Assembly (NCBI GenBank): GCA_963555965.3
Contig: OY821634.1
Span: 1,523,754-1,587,753 of the forward strand
Origin: Dehalococcoidia bacterium
GTDB lineage: Bacteria; Chloroflexota; Dehalococcoidia; Lucifugimonadales; Lucifugimonadaceae
Direction of reading: 5' to 3'
DNA length: 64,000 nucleotides
In this document: positions 57,969 to 64,000 of the stretch, piece by piece
Numbering within the stretch: position 1 is the stretch's first letter
Layout of the letters: the number at the start of each line of letters is the position of its first letter
The notes under the pieces: model-generated
Told to the model about the DNA's origin: nothing
Databases searched by the model: none
The model's input: only the letters and a program-made list of their open reading frames with translations
Translations under genes and position numbers: made by a program

Positions 57969-60880
57969 ATGCCGTAGGCGGGTCGACGCGCTCGCAACTC
58001 GCTGAAGAGCTCAAACGAGCAGGCGCAGGCGAAGTTCGTTTCGACCGCTACGCGCGGCAGATGTACTCAACTGACGCCTCCATCTACAAGATGACGCCGA
58101 TCGGCGTTGTCCTCCCAAGAGATGCAGATGATGTGAGCGCTGTTATCGAGATCTGCTCCTCAGCGGGTGTTTCCGTGCTTCCCAGGGGTGGTGGAACTGG
58201 ATTGTCGGGACAAACCGTTAACCGAGGCGTGGTGGTTGATTTCTCGAAGTACATGCACGATGTCATCGAGATCAACCGTGAGGAGGGATGGGTCCATACT
58301 CAACCTGGCATCACTATCGACGAACTGAATCGCCAGGTCGCGCACACCGGCAAGTACTTCACTCCTGATCCCAGCACATCGTCACGAGCCAACATTGGCG
58401 GAGCGATGGGCAACAACTCTTGCGGGTCCCACTCGATCATCTACGGCAAGACCGTGGACCAGGTCCAGCAAATGTCCGTCATTCTCTCTGACGGATCCTC
58501 AGCCACATTCGAGGCATTAAACGCCGGGCAGTTGGAAGGCAAGATGACGCTCTCCAACCGGGAAGGTCAGATCTACCGTGGCATTCCAGATGTCGCAGAG
58601 CGTGCGGGAGGGGAAGTTGACCGGCGCTTCCCCAAAATCCTCCGGCGCGTGGGCGGTTACAACATCGACCGGGTCTACTCTCCGGGCGATGGGCCGATTA
58701 TCGATCTGACGCAGGTGATGGTTGGGTCTGAAGGGACACTTGCCGCCGTCACCGATGCGCGCCTGAAGCTCTGGGACATCCCGAAGTCGAAAGGCTTGGC
58801 GGTCCTGCACTTCCACACGTTGCGCGACTCGATGGAGGCTACAGTTGCGACTCTCGAGCAAGAAGTGAGCGCGGTTGAGCACATCGGGGAGATAATCATC
58901 ACACAAGCCCGCAAATCGCTAGGCTTTTCGCGCGGTCTCGGATTTTTGCAGGGAGAGCCTTCGGACATTCTCGTCGTCGAGATGACCGGCGAAAACGCGT
59001 CTGAAGTGCAGTCGAAACTTGAAGCATTCAGCGCGTCCATCCAACGCAGCACCCCAACTTATGCGGTAACCCTGTTGCTTGAGCCAGCAGAACAGCGGCA
59101 GGTGTGGGCGATGCGCGAGGCGGGTCTGGGTTTGATGATGAACGTCGAGGGGGACGCGAAGCCGTTGCCGTTTGTCGAAGACACTGCGGTCGCTCCCGAA
59201 ATGTTGCCGGAGTACGTAGAACGTTTCGACGAGATCGTCAAACGGCACGGCACCGAAGCCGGATACTACGGACATGCAAGCGTAGGATGTCTGCATATTC
59301 GGCCGCTCGTAAACCTCAAGAAAACCGCCGGCATTGATCTCATGTACGCCATCGCCGACGAGATATCTGATCTCGTCCTCGAGTTCGGTGGCTCTCTGAG
59401 CGGCGAGCATGGTGACGGCATCGTTCGAGGTGCGTGGGCGGAGAAGATGTTCGGTAAAGAGCTGGTCGGGCACTTCCGGGAGGTCAAAGAGTTGTTCGAC
59501 CCGGACGGGATCATGAACCCCGGCAAGGTTTTTGATACTCCGGACATGCGGGAAAACCTGCGCTACGGCGCTGGATATTCAGCGCAAACGTTGCCGACCA
59601 AGCTCGACTGGAGCGCGGACGGCGGGTTCGCTGGTGCGATCGAACGATGCAACGGAGTCGGAGCTTGTAGGAAGGTCAACGCCGGCGCGATGTGCCCTTC
59701 GTACATGGCTACACGCGAAGAGGAGCACTCCACTCGAGGCCGAGCCAACGCACTGCGCGCAGCACTGTCCGGCGCACTGCCCATCGACGAAATCCGCTCC
59801 GAGAGGATGTACGAGGTCCTTGACCTTTGCTTGGAATGCAAATCTTGTAAATCGGAATGTCCGTCGAACGTCGACATGGCGAAGATCAAGTACGAATTCC
59901 TCAACCTTTACTACCAGACGCACAATGTGCCTCTGCGTTCGAGGCTCGTCGCCGATATCCACCGCCTAAATGCCCTCGCACCCGGGCCGCTAGCGCCGCT
60001 CGCCAACTTCGTCAACAGATCTGCGCCTGCGCGATGGGCATCCGAAAAGGTTTTGGGTATCGACCGACGCCGCAAACTGCCCAAGATTGTCGGCAAGACG
60101 TTTGAACAGTGGTTCAAAGGACGTAGCTCGAACACAACCGGATCGCGGGGCGATATCGTGCTTTTCCACGACACATTCATGAACTTCAATCATCCGGAAT
60201 CGGGTGTGGGCGCGGTGAATCTGCTCGAATCTCTTGGTTATCGGGTGCGTCTAGCTGATCGTGTCTGTTGCGGTCGACCGATGGTGTCAGCCGGAATGCT
60301 CGACCGCGCCATCGAGAACGCTAAGAGGAACGTCGCTGCGCTGAGGCCGTACGTTGAGGCAGGTGCGAAGATCGTGGGTTGCGAGAGCAGTTGCGTATTG
60401 ACGCTGAAGGACGAATATCCGGATCTACTCAGTTCGGATCCTGCGGCGCAGGCTATCGCGGATGCTTCGGTGATGCTCGAAGAGGTTTTGGTCGATGCTT
60501 TTGATGATGGTGGTCAGCAAATCGTCTGGAGCGATGCATCGGCCGAGATCCTGTTGCATGTGCACTGCCACGAACGCGCTCTGATAGGCACTACGCATGC
60601 CGTTGCCGCGCTGAATCAGCCACCAAACTTCCGAGCGGAACTCATAGATGCCGGATGTTGCGGCATGGCCGGTTCGTTTGGATACGCCAAAGAACACTAC
60701 GATGTATCGCAACAGGTCGGGGAAGATCGACTGTTTCCTGCTTTACGCAAGGCAGGATCCGACACCAAGTTCGCGATTACGGGTGTCTCGTGCAAGCAAC
60801 AGATCGAGGATGAGCTTCAACGGCCTGCGCACTTCCTCGCCGAAGTGTTGGCTGACGCTTTAGCCGACACTAACCCTTAA
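57965..60880 (+). CDS. FAD-linked oxidase fused to Fe-S / CCG-domain subunit (GlcD-GlcF-like)
   Basis: 971 aa. The FAD_binding_4 region has PRGGGTGLSGQ. The 4Fe-4S motif is CLECKSCKSECPS. Two CCG motifs are present (CCGRPM, CCGMAG). GTGA overlap with terC. Confidence 0.85.
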   Translation: MNAVGGSTRSQLAEELKRAGAGEVRFDRYARQMYSTDASIYKMTPIGVVLPRDADDVSAVIEICSSAGVSVLPRGGGTGLSGQTVNRGVVVDFSKYMHDVIEINREEGWVHTQPGITIDELNRQVAHTGKYFTPDPSTSSRANIGGAMGNNSCGSHSIIYGKTVDQVQQMSVILSDGSSATFEALNAGQLEGKMTLSNREGQIYRGIPDVAERAGGEVDRRFPKILRRVGGYNIDRVYSPGDGPIIDLTQVMVGSEGTLAAVTDARLKLWDIPKSKGLAVLHFHTLRDSMEATVATLEQEVSAVEHIGEIIITQARKSLGFSRGLGFLQGEPSDILVVEMTGENASEVQSKLEAFSASIQRSTPTYAVTLLLEPAEQRQVWAMREAGLGLMMNVEGDAKPLPFVEDTAVAPEMLPEYVERFDEIVKRHGTEAGYYGHASVGCLHIRPLVNLKKTAGIDLMYAIADEISDLVLEFGGSLSGEHGDGIVRGAWAEKMFGKELVGHFREVKELFDPDGIMNPGKVFDTPDMRENLRYGAGYSAQTLPTKLDWSADGGFAGAIERCNGVGACRKVNAGAMCPSYMATREEEHSTRGRANALRAALSGALPIDEIRSERMYEVLDLCLECKSCKSECPSNVDMAKIKYEFLNLYYQTHNVPLRSRLVADIHRLNALAPGPLAPLANFVNRSAPARWASEKVLGIDRRRKLPKIVGKTFEQWFKGRSSNTTGSRGDIVLFHDTFMNFNHPESGVGAVNLLESLGYRVRLADRVCCGRPMVSAGMLDRAIENAKRNVAALRPYVEAGAKIVGCESSCVLTLKDEYPDLLSSDPAAQAIADASVMLEEVLVDAFDDGGQQIVWSDASAEILLHVHCHERALIGTTHAVAALNQPPNFRAELIDAGCCGMAGSFGYAKEHYDVSQQVGEDRLFPALRKAGSDTKFAITGVSCKQQIEDELQRPAHFLAEVLADALADTNP

Positions 60881-60898
60881 CCAGCCTGTATCGGACGA

Positions 60899-61894
60899 AT
60901 GGCTTTTACTGTGCCCACCATAGGCATAATCGCAAACCCGGCCGCGGGCAAGGACATCCGGCGGTTGGTGGCACAGGGCCGCGTCGTATCCAACCAAGAG
61001 AAGTCGAACATCTTGAGGCGAGTCTTCGCGGGTCTCCAATCACAAGGTGTGGACAAGGTGATAGTGATGCCGGACATGGCAGGCTTGGCGCGAAACGCGA
61101 TGTCGGATACTCATGAGACGATGCAATCGGAGTTCATCGATCAGACGCCAACTGGTAGCCAGCGCGATTCGACGATTGCAGCGCAAATCATGCGTGACGC
61201 CGGGGCTGATTGCATATTGACGCTGGGAGGCGATGGAACCAATCGGTTGGTCGCCAAGGGATGCGGCGATGTGCCATTGGCGCCGATCTCGACCGGTACC
61301 AACAACGTCTTTCCCAAGGAGATCGAAGGCACATTGGCCGGCATCGCAGCGGCGACCGTTGCAAAGAATCCTGATATTCGGGAGATCGCGTGTCGTCGTT
61401 CCAAGAAGATCGAGATCATGGTCAATGGGGCACTTCGGGACATCGCGCTTGTAGATGCCGCTGTCTCGCGCCAGACCATGATCGGTGCTCGCGCTTTATG
61501 GGATGTAGGAACGTTGGACGCCGTGTTCCTGACCCGAGCCGAAGCGTCGAGCATCGGGATCGCTTCCATCGGGGCACGTCTCGCGTTAATCACCATCGAC
61601 GAAGCATGGGGACTTTACATCAGCTTCCCGGAACCTGGACAACCCGGCGAAGAATCAGTGATCGCGCCGATCGCGCCCGGCATGGTTCGGGAGGTGCCGA
61701 TCGCCGGATGGAAGGTCATCGAGCCGAACGAAACGGTTCCGATTCAAGCATCGAGAGGCACAATCGCACTTGACGGTGAACGCGAGATCGAACTGCTAGA
61801 AGGTATGCGGACCGCGGTGCGCATCAGCGCCGAAGGTCCATGGGTTGTAGATTTCGACCGTGCCTTGGAGATTGCGTGTGCCGGTTCTACCTAA
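60899..61894 (+). CDS. ATP-NAD kinase family protein (AcoX-like)
   Basis: GIIANPAAGKD, ILTLGGDGTNRLV and PISTGTNNVF are present. Confidence 0.7.
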   Translation: MAFTVPTIGIIANPAAGKDIRRLVAQGRVVSNQEKSNILRRVFAGLQSQGVDKVIVMPDMAGLARNAMSDTHETMQSEFIDQTPTGSQRDSTIAAQIMRDAGADCILTLGGDGTNRLVAKGCGDVPLAPISTGTNNVFPKEIEGTLAGIAAATVAKNPDIREIACRRSKKIEIMVNGALRDIALVDAAVSRQTMIGARALWDVGTLDAVFLTRAEASSIGIASIGARLALITIDEAWGLYISFPEPGQPGEESVIAPIAPGMVREVPIAGWKVIEPNETVPIQASRGTIALDGEREIELLEGMRTAVRISAEGPWVVDFDRALEIACAGST

Positions 61895-62565
61895 CCGCCA
61901 CGAATTTCCGCGATCAGCCTCACAACATCGCAGCTGCGCGTCTCGAGCGTTGACCAATCTCCATTCGCGACTACGTCGCTGGACACGAGGCGCGAGCCCA
62001 TGCCGACGGCACATACGCCGGCCTCGAACCAAGGGCGGAGTGATGCCTCGGTGATGTCTACGCCTCCGGTAGGCATGATTGATGACCACGGCATCGGAGC
62101 CAGAACATCTTTGACGAAGCCCGGACCGCCCACTGCTGAACCTGGGAATATCTTCACAATGTCGGCTCCCAGCTCTTCGGCGTTGGAAATCTCAGAGGCG
62201 GTGCCACATCCAGGTATGTAGGGCACCTTACGACGGTTGCAGACCTTTGCAACATCTGGGTTGGTCACGGGGCCTACGATGAAACTGGCACCATTGCTGA
62301 TGTAAATCGACGCGGTTCCTGCATCGAGAACGGATCCTGCACCCAGAATGGCGTCGGGCAACTCGGCAGCACAGAAGCGATCCAAGTTGGAAAATACTTC
62401 CCACGCGTGGTCGCCACGATTCGTGAATTCGAGGACGCGGATACCCCCAGCGACGCAGGCTCTAGCGATGTTTTGGACCTTCTCAACGTCGCCGTTGTAA
62501 AAAACCGGAACAACCCCGATTTCATGCATTGCGTTCAGAACTTCGATCTTCGAGTGCCGTGCCAT
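61891..62565 (-). CDS. eda: KDPG / KHG aldolase
   Basis: VVPVF...GGIRVLEFTNR...GAGSVL...FIVGP...IPGCGTASEI...IVKIFPG follows the Eda family layout. Confidence 0.8.
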   Translation of the reverse strand: MARHSKIEVLNAMHEIGVVPVFYNGDVEKVQNIARACVAGGIRVLEFTNRGDHAWEVFSNLDRFCAAELPDAILGAGSVLDAGTASIYISNGASFIVGPVTNPDVAKVCNRRKVPYIPGCGTASEISNAEELGADIVKIFPGSAVGGPGFVKDVLAPMPWSSIMPTGGVDITEASLRPWFEAGVCAVGMGSRLVSSDVVANGDWSTLETRSCDVVRLIAEIRGG

Positions 62566-62686
62566 TCTTTATCTCCTGAGACCGTTGCGCTCATCGACTT
62601 TAACGAGTCTATCGCCTGACGATGCCATCGATGCGAACCTGTTGTGTTAATCTCATTGCGCGTGGAATCGTGAGGGAATTGAGAAT

Positions 62687-63490
62687 ATGGACATCAATCC
62701 TGTAAAGGCGAAACTCAACCAAAACTTGCCATCGTTGGGCACCTGGTCGGCGAGTGGTGATCCGACCGTCATCGAGACGTTGTTGCACACCACCGATTTC
62801 GACTGGGTGACTCTCGACTTCGAGCACAATCCGATCGATGTCTCTACCGCGGTCAACTGTCTGCGCGCCGGCAACGGTTCCGGCAAACCGATGTTTGCCC
62901 GCATCCCGAGCAATGATCCGATCTGGGTCAAACGAGTTCTCGACATCGGTTTCACGGGTATCGTAGTTCCCGACGTCAAAGATGAAGACGAAGCGGAACG
63001 TGCCGTCCAAGCCGCGAAATATCGCCCTCGTGGCCTGCGCGGCATTGGATCAACCCGAGGTCAACTCGTCTACGGTAGCAACTACTACGAGAAGGCCAAC
63101 GACATCATCATGGTCGTCTGCATGATTGAGGATTGGCGAGCCGTTGACCGTATCGACAAGATCATGCAGGTGCCGGACCTTGATGTCTGCTTCGTCGGTC
63201 CCAATGATTTGGCCAGTTCGCTCGGTGTGCCAACCGGGCTAGACAACAAACACCCGGATCATGTGAAGGCCGTCGAGACCGTCGTGGCGGCAGGCAAAAA
63301 GCATGGAGTTGCCACGGGTATCCACTGCATCGATGGGAATGAAGCCGCTCGTCGTATCGAACAGGGCATGACGTGGTTCCCGATCGCCTCCGATGTGCGG
63401 TTGCTCAAATCGGCTGTCGATGCCGAACTTGCGAACGTTGCATCTGGATCGGATGGCGAAGGCGACGATGAGGATGCCACGTTCTATTAG
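62687..63490 (+). CDS. HpcH/HpaI family 2-keto-3-deoxy-acid aldolase
   Basis: 267 aa with LGTWSASGDPTVIE, DFDWVTLDFEH, YRPRGLRG and FVGPNDLA. Confidence 0.85.
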   Translation: MDINPVKAKLNQNLPSLGTWSASGDPTVIETLLHTTDFDWVTLDFEHNPIDVSTAVNCLRAGNGSGKPMFARIPSNDPIWVKRVLDIGFTGIVVPDVKDEDEAERAVQAAKYRPRGLRGIGSTRGQLVYGSNYYEKANDIIMVVCMIEDWRAVDRIDKIMQVPDLDVCFVGPNDLASSLGVPTGLDNKHPDHVKAVETVVAAGKKHGVATGIHCIDGNEAARRIEQGMTWFPIASDVRLLKSAVDAELANVASGSDGEGDDEDATFY

Positions 63491-63537
63491 AAATCAGCGA
63501 ACCTGAACCGAAAGCCAACCTCAAGGAGATTAAATCG

Positions 63538-64000
63538 ATGCCATCTGTCGTCACGTTCGGCGAGATAATGTTGCGGCTCGCAACCATGCGTCGCGAACGC
63601 TTCACCCAAGCGCGCGAGTTCGAGGTCACATATGGCGGAGGCGAGTGCAACGTCGCAGTGTCCCTGGCCAACTTCGGAATCGAGTCAGTGTACGTAACTG
63701 CGGTTCCGGACAACGACATCGGTCAAGCATGCATCAACTACGTCCGGCAGTGGGGCGTAGACACCGCCGAAATCCTCCGCCAAGGTCAACGCCTCGGCAC
63801 ATACTACCTCGAAAATGGCGCCGCCATGCGGGCATCGAAAGTGATTTACGATCGCGCCGCGTCTTCAATCGCCGAATTGCAGCCTGGCGAGATCAATTGG
63901 GAGCGTATCTTTCACGACAAAGACTGGTTCCACTTCACGGGCATCACACCCGCCATCTCGGAATCCGCTGCGAGAGCCTGCGATGAAGCAGCGGCGACCG
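63538..64000 (+). CDS. kdgK: 2-dehydro-3-deoxygluconokinase (PfkB family), 5' part; runs off the window end
   Basis: This gene is not in the ORF track because it has no stop in the window. My translation from the ATG at 63538 (AAGGAGA upstream) is MPSVVTFGEIMLRLATMRRERFTQAREFEVTYGGGECNVAVSLANFG...GTYYLENGAAMRASKVIYDR. This is the typical KdgK N-terminus. Confidence 0.8.
   Translation, partial: MPSVVTFGEIMLRLATMRRERFTQAREFEVTYGGGECNVAVSLANFGIESVYVTAVPDNDIGQACINYVRQWGVDTAEILRQGQRLGTYYLENGAAMRASKVIYDRAASSIAELQPGEINWERIFHDKDWFHFTGITPAISESAARACDEAAAT

Noticed and set aside
1-64000. tRNA, rRNA, tmRNA, integrase, transposase or prophage genes that could explain the accessory islands.
   Set aside because: None was recognised in any intergenic gap or ORF translation. 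The islands lack recombinase genes within this window.

Overview
This is a 64-kb, GC-rich (judged by eye) bacterial chromosomal window. It is most likely from a Chloroflexota-type organism. That call is an inference from a 1494-aa Chlor_Arch_YYY/DUF2298 membrane protein carrying the YYYFG motif, plus many sulfatase, enolase-superfamily, amidohydrolase and peptidase catabolic genes. About 48 protein-coding genes can be supported. I found no tRNA, rRNA, true CRISPR array, transposase, integrase or phage genes. Housekeeping anchors are glnA, argC, fabI, rlmN, mutS2, pgpA and a GreA-like factor. Three things are unusual. (1) An abundant family of modular, hairpin-forming intergenic repeats covers roughly 5-6 kb of the window. 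It includes a perfect 28-bp palindrome, MITE-like units with perfect 22-23-bp terminal inverted repeats, and a ~2-kb head-to-tail array of ~170-bp units. (2) That array lies between two tandem paralogous ~1100-aa surface proteins. They are built from an alternating pair of Trp-Trp motifs that I cannot assign to a known family, plus Ig-like domains and a sortase/exosortase-like C-terminal tail. (3) There are three small accessory islands: a lower-GC type II R-M pair; an MNT/HepT toxin-antitoxin cassette bracketed by 168-bp direct repeats; and a lower-GC four-gene operon. The operon encodes a lipoprotein gluzincin protease with PPC domains, a tiny secreted ORF, a PD40 beta-propeller and a decayed lipoprotein gene. 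All functional calls rest on motif recognition by eye from the supplied translations, not on database searches. Repeat-zone boundaries are approximate (+/- a few bp).
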